DNA of 64,000 nt from Octopus bimaculoides (taxonomy: Eukaryota). The translations under genes and the position numbers were made by a program. Location: contig NC_068984.1 of NCBI RefSeq assembly GCF_001194135.2, forward strand, positions 70,079,333-70,143,332, given 5' to 3'. The number at the start of each line of letters is the position of its first letter. Positions within the stretch are counted from its first letter, which is position 1. Below are positions 1 through 12,849 of this stretch, in pieces. A model generated the notes under the pieces. It worked only from the letters and a program-made list of their open reading frames with translations, did not search any database and was not told the origin of the DNA.

Positions 1-894
1 GTGTGTAAGAAGTACACCTAAATTGCAATAATAGTATTAACAACAATAATAAAAAATAATTTTTTTCTATTTTTTTTTAAAGAAAGAAATGAAGACGTTT
101 TATTTGAAGATTTAATTCTTAAAGTATTTCTTATTTTTAACATTGTAATATTTATTGACATTTTCTAATTCTAAGAAAATGCAAAAACACTGAACTTACT
201 ATATTGACTCAGGAGATATCTCCAACAATTATTGCATCTTACACATCAGGATGGTGGATTGGTAGAATTGTTAGAGTGTCAGACAAAGTTCCTTGTGGTT
301 TTTAGATAGTGTTTAACATTTTCTTTTTTTATTGGAAACCCATTAAGTATGATTTTGCCATTACCTTTCCTACTTCTGGAGTCAATAAAATAAGTAGAAA
401 TAAATCACCAGACTTGGTTTAATATAACTTATTTTTTAAAAAAATCATTAATATGGATGGTCACCCATTGATGGATATATGCATTAGCAAAAAGCCAAAT
501 AATTGTTCCTTTTTGTACACCTTTGGAATAAGAAGCTATCACAGCTCATTATAATACTGAATACAAAATAAAATTGGACAGAAAATACTTGGTGACCAAA
601 CTAAAATTTCATGAAGAACTCAACAAAAGCATTAGAAAAACTATGGAAGCTTTACTAATAATATAAAACGAACCTAAATTAAGCACATAGACACATCACA
701 TGTAAATGCACACACACACGCACACACACACACACACATATGCTTGTGTGTGAGTATATATGTACATATATATAAGCATGTAGAAACACATATAAATGCA
801 TACATACACATACACAGTATTTTAGTGGAGTGTCTATCAATTTAAGAGTTAGATCATAATAAAGAATATTTTGCAATAAAATATGTCTAAATGT

Positions 895-933
895 TCATTA
901 TCATCATCATCGTCATCATCATTATTTTTATTA

Positions 934-995
<62 letters not shown>
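895..995. repeat. (ATC)n/(ATT)n microsatellite
   Basis: Direct trinucleotide run; explains the poly-Ile ORF 891-1115. Confidence 0.95.
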
Positions 996-3900
996 TGTCA
1001 ATTACTTTGCATAACTTGTGTATATATTTCATCTTTATTAAATCTATATTATAGTTTTCTAGGGTGTAATCATAACCTTGATCTTGCATTGAAAACTGTG
1101 AACATACTACTTTAACATTACAACTTTATTTTAATTTATTTCATGTCTTTCAATGATATTTACACACATGAATTCATCTGATTTTCTTCAGATCGCTCAC
1201 TTTTATATATTACTATCAACACGTAGACAATAGGAAAACATTGACTACACATACCTCAAAAGAATTAAATATTGATAGCTGGAAATATCTGGCATCAAAC
1301 AACTATTAAGTCAATGAAATAATCAATGAACTGCTTTCTGATAAATCCCAATAAACTGTTCCACTTGTGAATATTGAATTTTAAAATTTGCAGCTATTCA
1401 AGAGAAATTGTCCAGTTTATGATTGTATAATCATATAGGTGTATCCAGGTCACAGATTATTTTTATGATGCATAAAATTTCATGTTTGTTTACTATTTGA
1501 GAAAAGCCCATTATTGGTCTACATTACAATCAGCGATTTGGAGGAAATGACTACAGATAATTTCGATATGAAACCAAGTTTGCTCAAGAGTAAAGATAAT
1601 TTTTCATTTTTTTCCAATATTTTTTATTGAGTACTAAATGATACAGACTTAGCATTTGGTTGATATATACATTTGATTGAATATTGTTGTATATATATAT
1701 ATATATCCATTACAACTCAAAGTGGAGAGGAGTAAGATGACTGAGTGGTCAAGTAATTATGATATTAGAGCATCAATTCAATTGAGCTGTATTCAAATTA
1801 AGTTCAGAAAATTTGATGGGGTTTTTGAAATAATTTGGACCACAGATTTAATTTTGTATACTGTGATCTGCAAATTATAGTTTAGGCTAGGGAAACATTT
1901 TATATTTTAATACCATATTGAACTAAATATAATCTAAAAAGGCAACATTAAAGAAATTTTATAAATTTAAAAGGCAATTGTAATTACACTAATTGGGAAA
2001 AATTTATTGCAATATTTAAGTAAGAACTAAGAAAGAACTAAAAATGTAAGCTGATATTCTAATGAAGTTTTGAAGAATTTAGATACATTAGAATAAATCT
2101 AATAATATATAAACAAATGAAACACATTTTTTTTATGCAAAAGGTAGACTTTTACAATTAGAGGCTGAAAATGCTGCTTATAGTTTTAAAGGAGCAACTT
2201 CTCCACCGCTATTCTAGAAGAAGAACCAACATATTGTTCATGTGGCTATTTATCTCACATCTGCTAAACACTGTGAGATAATAGAAAAAGTCAATGAGGG
2301 AGTAATAGTGGCTCACTGAAACTGCCATAAATAACAACCAAAATTCTTTCACAACACACTGATTCTTAAATTATGGAAGTGCATATTTGATATGTTAACC
2401 CTAGTAAAACAATAAAAAAATAAATGTTTTTTTTCAATTAGGTTGGTTTTAATAATAGATCTGTTTTACCAGTGCTAACACGGGGACTGTAAAGCAACAA
2501 TAATGATGGTGAAAATAGAATCAAGCAGTAGATTTTTAGTGGTAATCAGGATTCAGGATGTATCTACATCATTTGTATCTAATAAAAAACTAGAAACATT
2601 CAGACTTATGGTGGTAGTTATGTTACTTGAGAATTTCAATCACATATTCCTGATTTAGTAATATTCATTCTAAGTTAGCAATCACACATCTATTTATATT
2701 AGTATAGCTATCTTTATAATGCCTTGATTATCAATATGTGAAAAAATTATTGGCAAGCATAAATATCATGATTGTGAAAGTTGCAACTACCACTAAATAT
2801 TTAATTGCTTAAATAGAGTATTGTTGCTCAAACACAATGTTTCCTACAAGCTTTTCCAAGTTTTCAACTTTGTAATTTTTTTCCCATGAGAGTATTGTTT
2901 TTGAAGTGCCAAGAATTATTAAGAATAGGTGTTATAAGATAAATGCTAGTTGGAAAATTCATTTGTAGTTTATTAAAGTTTAAGAAATTTTTTTAAATGG
3001 TTTGAGAGTTTGTTTATTATTAGCATTACTATGGAGGTATAGCTATTGATGTACAATATTTAATGTAATGAATATAAGGTAAGTATTAACTTAGACAGAA
3101 GCTTTATTGCTCCTTGCATCTCTCTGCATGTTTGAGTAAGCAGCAATGTATGCCTTTTATATTTAAAATGAACCACTTTAAGTAAATAAATCATGCCCAA
3201 ATTTCACATAGATTTCAAAAGTATTCTGTGATTGTTTTTATTCAACTTCCGTAACAAGTACTCTCCAACCTTTTTGCAATTTCATGATCAGTTTTGTCCC
3301 ATGACTGGATAACTTAACTTGGCTATTAGGGGAATTTTAATCCGTAGGGAGTATTTAAACTTTGAACATAAATATTCACGACAAAATCTGTCAGGTATTT
3401 CATCCAATACTCTAATGACACTGCCAATTCAGTACTTTGTATCTGAAAGTAAAAAATATCGATCACACTTCATAGAAACAAGTGATATGATTAAAGATAA
3501 TCATGACCATTTCTTTTGATATAATGACTCAATCTATGTGTAAAATATTTCAATTATAGCTCATTGCATTAAAAAATGAAAACCATTACTTATGAGGTAA
3601 GATATTAGAAACTTATTAGCATGCTTGATCATGAAGTCAATATAACTGATTGGCAGGTAGATTAATAATATTAATACTAGCTTTCTCAGGGCTAGTGGCT
3701 TGATGGAAATAGATCAGTGCTGATCAAAATACCTTGTGGTATTTATTTTGTTGTGTCCCTTTTAACCTGATTTTTCATCTCAACCAAATTTAAATTTACC
3801 TTTCCAGATTAACTAGTAAGAGCCAGCGAAGTATTTGTTTGATATAATTAACTGTACTCTTTACCCTAAGTTTGTAACCCTATATGTCTGGATTAGAAAT

Positions 3901-4960
3901 TAATTTTTCAAGTGTGGTGATTTGGCAGAAATAGTAGTGACTGATAAAATATTTTTACTATATTTAATTGCATCCCTTACTTTCTGTGTTTGGAAGTAGC
4001 CAAGATCAACATTGCCTTTCATTCTTCCAGGATCAATAAAACAAGAACCTCTTCCAAAATGTGTGGCCTTGTGCCTATATTTGACACCAATCAATATTGG
4101 CTGCTTTTCATGGAAGGGATAATGGATATTCCAATTATTCCATGCAGCTAGATTTAAAAGTAGGTCTACAGATGTGTAGGTGAAAAAAGGTGATAAATTT
4201 TGTGGCACTACATATATACATATACTTTCTCAGAAAATATGTATAAACATGCATTCTGAATAGGGAAGGATTATTTCTTTTACAGAAATGTTTTTTCAGC
4301 AAATTTCTCATAATTTTCATTTGCCATGTCTAAACACAATTTCTATTTCTTCACAGTCAACTTCACACTGATGTAAAACCTAAAATCCTTCATTTATAAG
4401 ATGGATGCAAATTTTGTCTTTGATGTATTGCAGCAGACACTTTTAAAAGAAACTTTTTATGAGTCAGGTGATTATAGATTAACACCTGTATGAGGATTAC
4501 TCATATTCTTCAGTAAGAAAATAGCTCAGTCGGATGATATTGGTTGTCTCCAAATACAATTTGTGTGGAACTTTAATTTAGAATTATACATAATTTGTTT
4601 AATCTATTTAACAGAAGCATCATTCTTGAAAATGTATAAGATCGCTTGAAAGCAGAACATTCATTCAATAAACATTTTGATGTTAAATTGTTTTTTCACT
4701 TTAACACCCAAAGAATTTTTTTCTACATTATTTTCTAAAACATTAATTGTTGTGACTGTCAATTGCTCTTGTTTCAGCAAGATGAGATAACTGAAAGAAA
4801 GATTGGTATAGTTGTGCAGAGAAGTAGGGAAGTTAGTTGGGAATGTTCTTTGTCTCCAGAGAGTAATCTTTTTAGTGCTTCTGCACTAAAGCTAACCAGT
4901 TTTATGAGATATAAAAAAAAAGTTATTATTTAAAGTATTTGGTTTTTCAGTAGCAAAGAA

Positions 4961-5040
4961 GGTGTTTATAAATGGTTTTCAAATGGAGAGGGTGTTTATA
5001 AATGATTTTCAAATGAGAAGAGGGTGATTATAAATGGTTA
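4961..5040. repeat. Short tandem repeat, 30-32 bp period, about 2.6 copies
   Basis: GGTG(T/A)TTATAAATG starts at 4961, 4991 and 5023. Confidence 0.75.
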
Positions 5041-6084
5041 TTGCCAGATAAATTTAAGATCAAGAATATGTGTTAATTATCAATGTAATATTTAATCGTG
5101 TTACTCAACCAGCATGCCGGTAGAAAACATGAATAGGATTATCCAGTGCGAATGCCTGTTAAACAAAGGTTATAATTACATAAGTATGTTTATGTATATT
5201 TATATTTATGTAAATTAAACTCAATGAGAGAAAGAGAGGGATAGAAATAAGAACATATGCATGCATTAAATGTGTTTGTTGTCATCTTTAATTGTGTCTA
5301 AGTGAAAGAAAATGAATGAAAGCCAAGTGTGAATTTTCTTTTCACAGTGTGAGGTGCATCTGAGCATAAAGCCTTGTCACAGTACGATGATCTCTCAAAA
5401 AGTCAGAATTCCAGAATATTTATTAAGTTTGAAAAGACTGGAAGAACAATGTTGATGCACAAAAGAAGACTCCATTGACTTTAAAAAATAGAAGTCTAAA
5501 TTAAACTCATGTGTGTACCAATGTGGTTCTTTGATTGGTGAAAATCTAATGCTTGTGATCGGTGGAAATAACAATGTATCAAAAGATCCAAATTTTGCAA
5601 ATTTTCTTTGATCTTTTGTGTACAACAGCATGACAATCTCTGAGAGGTTGTAAATAATATCAAAGTTTAGCATTGTATATTGTCAAAAACATTTAGACAA
5701 TATAGTAGAGAACTGTCTGCAACAATCACAAAGAATTATGTATTTTCTCGAAGAGTGTATACTGAAGACCTATCTACAAACTTTTTAGAAAAGTAAAATT
5801 GTTATGTATATTTTGTCAGAACATTTGCATATTTTAGATCTTGAAAATATTCATTTCCATTCATTTCTTAAAATAAGTAAATTAGATAAAATCCGCCAAA
5901 AGAAGTATATGAGGTAGTATCAAAGAGCTCCCAAACTACTTCTGTAACACACCAACAGATGGCAGCACATGGTTGCATGCACAATGAGAGCTAGCAGTGA
6001 CTTTCATGAAGCAGTGTTTACTTCATAAGTGGTGAAATTTGTGTTTTTGTGATCAGGTGTATGTAGTAGTCTGCAATTTTTGTC

Positions 6085-6834
6085 ATGGACGAGAAATTGT
6101 AACAAAGAGCCAAGATGAAATTTTGCGTTAAAATTGTTAAGTCTGCTAGAGATATTGAGCATGTTTCAGCAAGCTTACAGCGATGAAGCAATGGATTGTA
6201 TGAAATTTTTCCAGTGGCACAGGCACTTCAACCCAGAAAGAATGTTCCTGGAAGACAATGAGAGATCTGGAAGACCTGCCACATGCATCACCCTTAGAAA
6301 TGTGGAGAAAATTCATCAGCTTCTGCATGAGGATTGCCAGAGGACAAGCAACGACATTGCTAATGTTGTTGGTTTGTCTTATGGATCCGTGCAGGCATTC
6401 CTAACATCTGGATTGAACACGCAATATGTCTATGTTAAGTTTGTCTCCTGCCTGCTGACCACTGAACAGAAAGAACATCTTGTTGAAATCTGTCAAGATC
6501 TCCATCAGCCTACAGCTGATGACTCATCATTCATTTTGAGAATCATCAGTGGTGAACGGAGTTGGGGCTGTGGGTACGACCCTGAGATGAAGCAGCAGTC
6601 GCAGTGGAAGAGCCTTTCATCTGCATGACCGAAGAAGACATGACAGAGCTCGATCAAGAGCATGTTCATCCTTTTTTGCCCTAATATCTGGGGTTTTATG
6701 CATCGGAAATTCATCCTCAGAGTCAGATCATCAATCAAGAGTTCTAGGATGACGTTTTGACGCATTTGAGGGAGGAAATTCGGTGAAAGTGACAGGATTT
6801 GCAGAGAATGAAGAATTGCATTCTTCATGACAAC
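6085..6834 (+). pseudogene. Mariner transposase, N-terminal and central part (frameshifted, premature stops)
   Basis: MDEKL*QRAKMKFCVK, QQAYSDEAM, DNERSGRPAT, KFVSCLLTTEQK, GERSWGCGYDPEMKQQSQWK, NQEF*DDVLTHLREEIR, ILHDN match mariner HTH and catalytic motifs. Confidence 0.92.
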
Positions 6835-8077
6835 AGTGTAGTGATATGCTGAACTCCAAAGTGAGTATGCATCTCAGACTATTTGGTGACCTAAAGTTTT
6901 GTTTAGATTACAATAATTGGGTAAGGTAAGTCATCAAAAGTGACTTGGGTGCTGATATTTGACAAGTGTCACAGTAAAAAAACTGAACAAAAATAACAGG
7001 TATTATTTCGTAAATGTTAGTGATTGATTCATTATACATAAAAAAGACATGAACCAATTATACATTCACAACTAAAGCTATAGAGATTCTAATAAAAGAA
7101 TACAAAGATAGAAAAATATTGTGTAAAGTTGGTGGTGGAAAAAGATCTATAGACTGTCAAGTTAACAATAGGAAAAGTTAAAGGGAATAGGAAATTAAAC
7201 CATAATATGGAAGAAGATAAAACAGCTGGTGATTTTCCAACCATAAATGTTGCTAACTGGACAGTAAATCTATTCGAGCAAAGCAACATACAATGAGGCA
7301 CCAAAAAGATAACTTATTTACCTACGTTTTAACATCATCTCCGTCAAAAAAGTCATCTTGCGCAGCAACATGATATTGTTTCTGCACCCGCCCTATTTGC
7401 CAGATTTAGCACCTGCAGACTTCCATCTCTTCCCCAGAATAAAAATGCAGCTCAACGATCGCCGTTTTAACACTGTTATCGAGATCAAGAGTGAATTGCA
7501 GAAGATCCTCAACTTACAGAAAATTACTTCCAGGCTGTGACCGGTGTTTTGCTGCACAAGACGGCTTTTTCGAAGGAGATGATGTTAAAATGTAGATAAA
7601 TAAGTTATCTTTTTAGTGCCACCTTGTATGTTGTTTTGCTAGAATAGATTTACTGTCCAATTAGCATTTGTGGTTGGAAAATCACCAGCTGTTTTATCTT
7701 CTTCCATATTGTGGTTTAATTTCCTATTCCCTTTAACTTTTCCTATTGTTAACTTGACAATCTATAGATCTTTTTCTACCACCAACTTTACACAATATTT
7801 TTCTATCTTTGTATTCTTTTATTAGAATCTCTATAGCTTCCATTGTGAATGTATAATTGGTTCATTTCTTTTTTATGTATAATGAATCAATCACTAACAT
7901 TTACGAAATGATACCTGTTATTTTTGTTCAGTATTTTACTCTGACACTTGTCAAACATCAATACCCAAGTCACTTTTGATGACTCACCTTACACAATTGA
8001 TGTAATCCAAAACAACTATAGGCTACCAAATAGTCTGAGGTGCATACTCACTTTGGAGTTGAGCATATCACTACACT
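6835..8077. repeat. Long inverted repeat: arms 6835-7370 and 7545-8077, spacer about 175 bp
   Basis: Arm 1 is the reverse complement of arm 2 over about 535 bp, roughly 90% identical by manual comparison. Confidence 0.97.
7370..7595 (+). pseudogene. Mariner transposase, C-terminal part
   Basis: HPPYLPDLAPADFHLFPRIK (YSPDLAPxD motif) followed by RCFAAQDGFFEGDDVKM*, stop at 7593-7595. Confidence 0.92.
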
Positions 8078-9549
8078 CATGAATTTTTGCAGTCTGTCTG
8101 GTGATGTGATCACAGGAACTGAGCTGATTTTCCCTCTGATTTTATCCTTAAATGTCAATTGTCTTACCAGATTTCATTTTCTTTTCAATTACCTCGATAG
8201 TTTTTCTGTTTGTTGTGTCTAACCTTTTCTGTGAAGTATCTGTCATTTTTAGTTTGGAGTCTTATAAGGGAGATACTAATAAAGAGAATTATTCACAAAT
8301 GAATGGAATCGTTTCTTCAAAAAAAAAAATACTACAATCCTATTAATTTTAGCATTAAAAAGTTGCCAAGAGACAACATTTTATGAAGAAAGCACTATCA
8401 GGCAAGATTGATTTTTAAGAATGCATTACTTAATTTGAAGATTCTCTTTCAGTATTAGAGTTTCTCTTGCTAGTATCAGAGTTTGTTAAGGTTCTCACAT
8501 GTCCATGTGAATGGAATCTTGCTATGCTTTAATTCTTTCCACAAAAATGTTTCACATTCAAAGCCTTTTTGTTTGAATAATATTATTTGGTTAGTGTTCA
8601 CTCACTTTCATTTGATAAAGTATGTGCATGTGTATTGTTGTGTTGTTGTCAAACATATTGTTCTTGATGTTCAACACAAAGTCAGGTGTCATTATTAATG
8701 TTTGTACTCAATGTGTGCAAGACTGAAATATTTTTCTAAAACTCTGAAAGATTTATGGCTTTGTTTATCACTGTTTTCCAGCTTCAGCAAAAATGCAAAA
8801 GAACATCTAAATTTACTTCATAACTAAAGTATCAATACTGTTGCTTTTTTTCTTTTTTGTTTTGTGTTTTTTTTAAACTGCAGGTAAGATTCTGAAAGCT
8901 GAGATGAGACTTTTTGCAATGCATTTATGAGTGAGTATGTTGTCAAAAAGTTACGGAAATTATTCGTATTAGTGTCATTGTCAACAGAAATATATATTTT
9001 TCATCTTAAAATGTTTCCCCTCGATGTACAATATTCTTGTTTGTTTTTAAACATTTGGTAAGTGTACGTGTATCCCCGATTCCATTTAAAAATTTCTTCA
9101 AGATGAGATTGTTTCTGTCTCTTGTAGCCATTTGTAAATTATAAAGTAAAAAATAAAGGATATGTAATTATATATATAATATTAATGGTTTCTTATTAGG
9201 AAACCAATAGATTTTATACAGAGCTGCAAGGAGAAGTGCTCAGTGTAACTGAGACAAGAGTAAAATATTAGTTAAAGAATAAAAAGACTGGATTAACGAC
9301 TCAACATATCACACCCCCTCAATGAACATATATAAGAAATACAGCATAATCCGTCAAACATAAGGAATAAGAAGAATTAACGCAAGAAAAATAACGCAAA
9401 AAGAAATAATAAATAAATAAATAAAAATATAGCATATAGTATAAAATTTTTATACACGAATATATTGTTTCAACCGATAACATGGAACTGAAAAAAATTA
9501 AGTTAAAGATATAATACAATACACGTGAATATCATTTCATAGAAGTTAA

Positions 9550-9860
9550 AAAAGTACTCTCTTGAATGGTCTATTATAGCGAGGCACAATACTTTAAGGC
9601 AAATATTGGTAAATGTTCTTTATGTATTAGGGAATCCCTTGCGATTCTCAGGTCTTTTGGACCAAAAGCCCTGAATAAGTTCACTGAGGTAGTCCCCTTC
9701 TGCAACCATAAGTTTTCCTCCACCTTCTTGAAGCTGTATAGAGATAAAAATAAATTTAAAAGTAATAAATAATAACAAGTGTAATAGTTTACGTTAGGGT
9801 GAATTGAAACCTCGTAGTTATGTTAATACTATGCTTTGCAGAGGAGGTCAGAATAATACC
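9550..9860 (+). mobile_element. Penelope-like element fragment, C-terminal GIY-YIG/zinc-binding region and start of tail
   Basis: YSLEWSIIAR then frameshift to AQYFKANIGKCSLCIRESLAILRSFGPKALNKFTEVVPFCNHKF, fitting the PLE pattern WxI..A..Y..CxLC..E...I...LNK..E...CxH. Confidence 0.75.
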
Positions 9861-12308
9861 AGAACACAACCAGAGTTGTCTCCTGTAGTCACTGAAATAA
9901 AATAAGTCACTGAAGTAAAATTTCATTGTCCCCAGATAATCATTTCTTGTTAACTTTTTTATCCACTCTAAACCATTATAAATTATGAATTCTGCATTGT
10001 TTTGGTTATTGAGAGCATATTTCTTGACATAACTGAGAATAAGAAAAGGTTAGTCATGTTCATTATCAGAAACCAGTATACGCTCTGTTCAATTTTACAG
10101 GAACTCTGAACTATATAGCTGACATTTCTAAAACTAGGTATTTTATGCATTTTTCCTTTAACAAGATCATGGCATATAGTTGCTGTGATATCATACCTTC
10201 ATGATAATTATGATGGAATTTAAGTCTATATCTTTGATATTTGAAGTGTTTGTTGTAAGGAGAATATTTAAGAAAGAAAACTGGTCTTTTGAAACCTGGA
10301 CTTCTTTTTACATAATATAATAAGGCTGCTGTAAATAAGTATTCCAGACACAATCTATGTATATATGACAAATGCAGAAAGAACTAGAGTTTTTTTGACA
10401 ACTGATATACAATCAGAAAGTCATCCTATAACTGATTACCTTTTGGCAAGCATTAATTCTCATCAGTTTCAATGTTTCTGCTATATATTCTTTATGCATG
10501 TTGTATCAAACTATGGGAAAAAGCAATAAAACCATATTTATATACCTCTTCCCCTACTTTTTTCCATGTGAAGCAATCTGTATTAAATGTAGGTTGATGC
10601 TATTTTTACTCTCTAATTTAACACTGAAATAAATGTATATCCATCTTTCTCTGTCTGACTGTCTCTCTGCTCATCTATTTATCTACATACATACATGCAT
10701 ACAAACATTCATACATACATTCATACATACATGCATACATACATACATATGTATAAACAAAATAAATAACTATGGTCCACTGCTCTACCAACTGAGATAT
10801 TGTGAGTATGCTTCTCTTTTGGGATATATGAACTACTGATATATATATACATATATATNNNNNNNNNNNNNNNNNNNNNNNNTATATATATATACACATA
10901 CATATATATGTATATATTATGTATGTACACACACACACATATATATATATATTGACAAATCTTTGGATTATTATGATGATAAATGGAACATGACATGTTT
11001 TTAGTTAAAATGTATGGTGTGTAGGAGAGTTTGAATAAAAAGCCAAAGCACTGAATGGACAGTAGAATTATGTGGAGTTACTATTGGTCGATAGGATGTA
11101 ATGGAAAAATATTGCAAAAGAGATATATATCCCTTATTTTCGTTATTTTATAATTTGTTTTTGTCCTGGTAGTGTAAAAGTAATTCATACAAAATAATGA
11201 TCTCACTAAGTTTGTACTTTGGAGTAATACTTTTCTAGTCACTTTTGTTTTTCACTTATGTATAGCTTCTATAATGAGTACCCAATGCAAATTAAGGTTA
11301 TACAAGAGATGCAGTGAGATATCAGGCATACTGTAAGAAAAGAAGTACTTTGCATGAAAAGGAGTAATCATAGCAGTAAGTGTACTGATGAAATCAAGCC
11401 ATTGAAATAATTGGTAGTTGACAGTAGTCAAGAGTTGTTACCTATGTGAGCTAATCAATTGTGGAGATAAAGGCAAGTCTACCAAAAGCATATTAGATAA
11501 AGAAATAAAAACTTGTAAAAAAAAAAAATTCAAAGAGCTATAACCACTGCTAGTAAGAATCCGTTTCTCTATTTGAAAGCAGTTGCTACATTTGGGGAAG
11601 TAAAATCAACTTGGAACTGAAATGAAAATGAAGATCAACTGAAACAGTAAAAAGAACAACAAGCTCTAGAACTTAGGAATGGCAAGAGTTTGAGGACTAG
11701 ATGCATAATCACCTCATACCCAAATACTGCTATCCATGGCACTGTTATGCAGTGAGCAAAATGAAAAAAACTGATAGTTGCACATGCAAATCTACAAATA
11801 GTCAGAGAAAATTTTGTAAGAGAAAAAAAGAGGGAACATCTCAGGGAAAATAAACTCAACATAAAGCAAGAAACAATCAAGGAGGAGTGATTTCTTTAAA
11901 ACAACACTGATACCCACTTCTCAGAAAAATGATTTTATCAAAAAGGGGAGATAGATGAACTAAGATTTACCAAAAATCAAGCAAGCAATTAACTGACAAA
12001 ATGATGTATATTTGGTGCCATGAATTTCCAAAGAGGTTAGAATGACACAAAAACAATTTGTTTTTAGAATACTAGCAACATGCAAAAGATAGGTTATTTG
12101 TAACAATAAAACTAAGTCTTTACAATAAACTAAAAAGGGTATATCCCCAAATCATCGTAATTTTTGAATACCAAAAGTGCTTAACGGTACATTTTGTTGC
12201 ATTTTGTTCAGTATGAGAAATGGTTAATGAATAAGGTTGCTGAATGCATCAACCCAACCTATCTAGTACCTCTGCATGTGTTATTCTCTTTTATTATATC
12301 TTGTGCAT

Positions 12309-12694
12309 GGGGAGGCGCAATGGCCCAATGGTTAGGGCAGCGGACTCGCGGTCATAGGATCGCAGTTTCGATTCCCAGATCGGGCGTTGGGAGTGTTTAT
12401 TGAGCGAAAGCACCTAAAGCTCCACAAGGCTCCAGCAGGGGATGGTGGCGAACAGTGCTGTACTCTTCCACCACAACTTTCTCTCACTCTTACTTCCTGT
12501 TTCTTTTGTGCCTGTAATTCAAAGGGTCAGCCTTGTCACACTGTCAGGCTGAATATACCCGAAAACTACGTTAAGGGTACACGTGTCTGTGGAGTGCTCA
12601 GCCACTTGCACATTAATTTCAGTAGCAGGCTGTTCCGTTGATCGGATCAACTGGGACCCTCGACGTCGTAAGCGATGGAGTGCCAACAACAACA
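12309..12694 (+). mobile_element. Intact young tRNA-derived SINE (family D) with (CAA)n tail and 13-bp TSD
   Basis: A-box-like TGGCCCAATGG, B-box-like GTTTCGATTCC, many retained CpGs. ATATCTTGTGCAT at both 12296-12308 and 12695-12707. Confidence 0.93.
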
Positions 12695-12849
12695 ATATCT
12701 TGTGCATATTTTATTTATTTTTGTACAAATATATGTACTTCTAGAATCTTAATACATCCAATTATATATTGCATAATGTCTCTCACCATCTCTTTTTCTT
12801 ATTTGTAAACTTGTCTTGCACACTCAGCTCTCTCCTTAGTGACCCTGAG

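Larger units (their letters stand above)
5908..7628 (+). mobile_element. Decayed mariner (DD34D) DNA transposon, interrupted by an inverted duplication
   Basis: 5' end TA-TGAGGTAGTATCAAAGAG at 5908. 3' end GTGCCACCTTGTA at 7628, whose reverse complement matches the 5' end at about 13/20. Transposase remnants lie between. Confidence 0.9.

Noticed and set aside
5490-5610. CGSLIGENLMLVIGG peptide resembling a kelch repeat or trypsin motif
   Set aside because: Bounded by stops, no good splice acceptor, no second repeat or catalytic motif.
12309-12385. tRNA-like sequence
   Set aside because: No closing acceptor stem and continuous with a SINE body and TSD; it is a SINE head, not a tRNA gene. The same applies to the other A, B and E heads.
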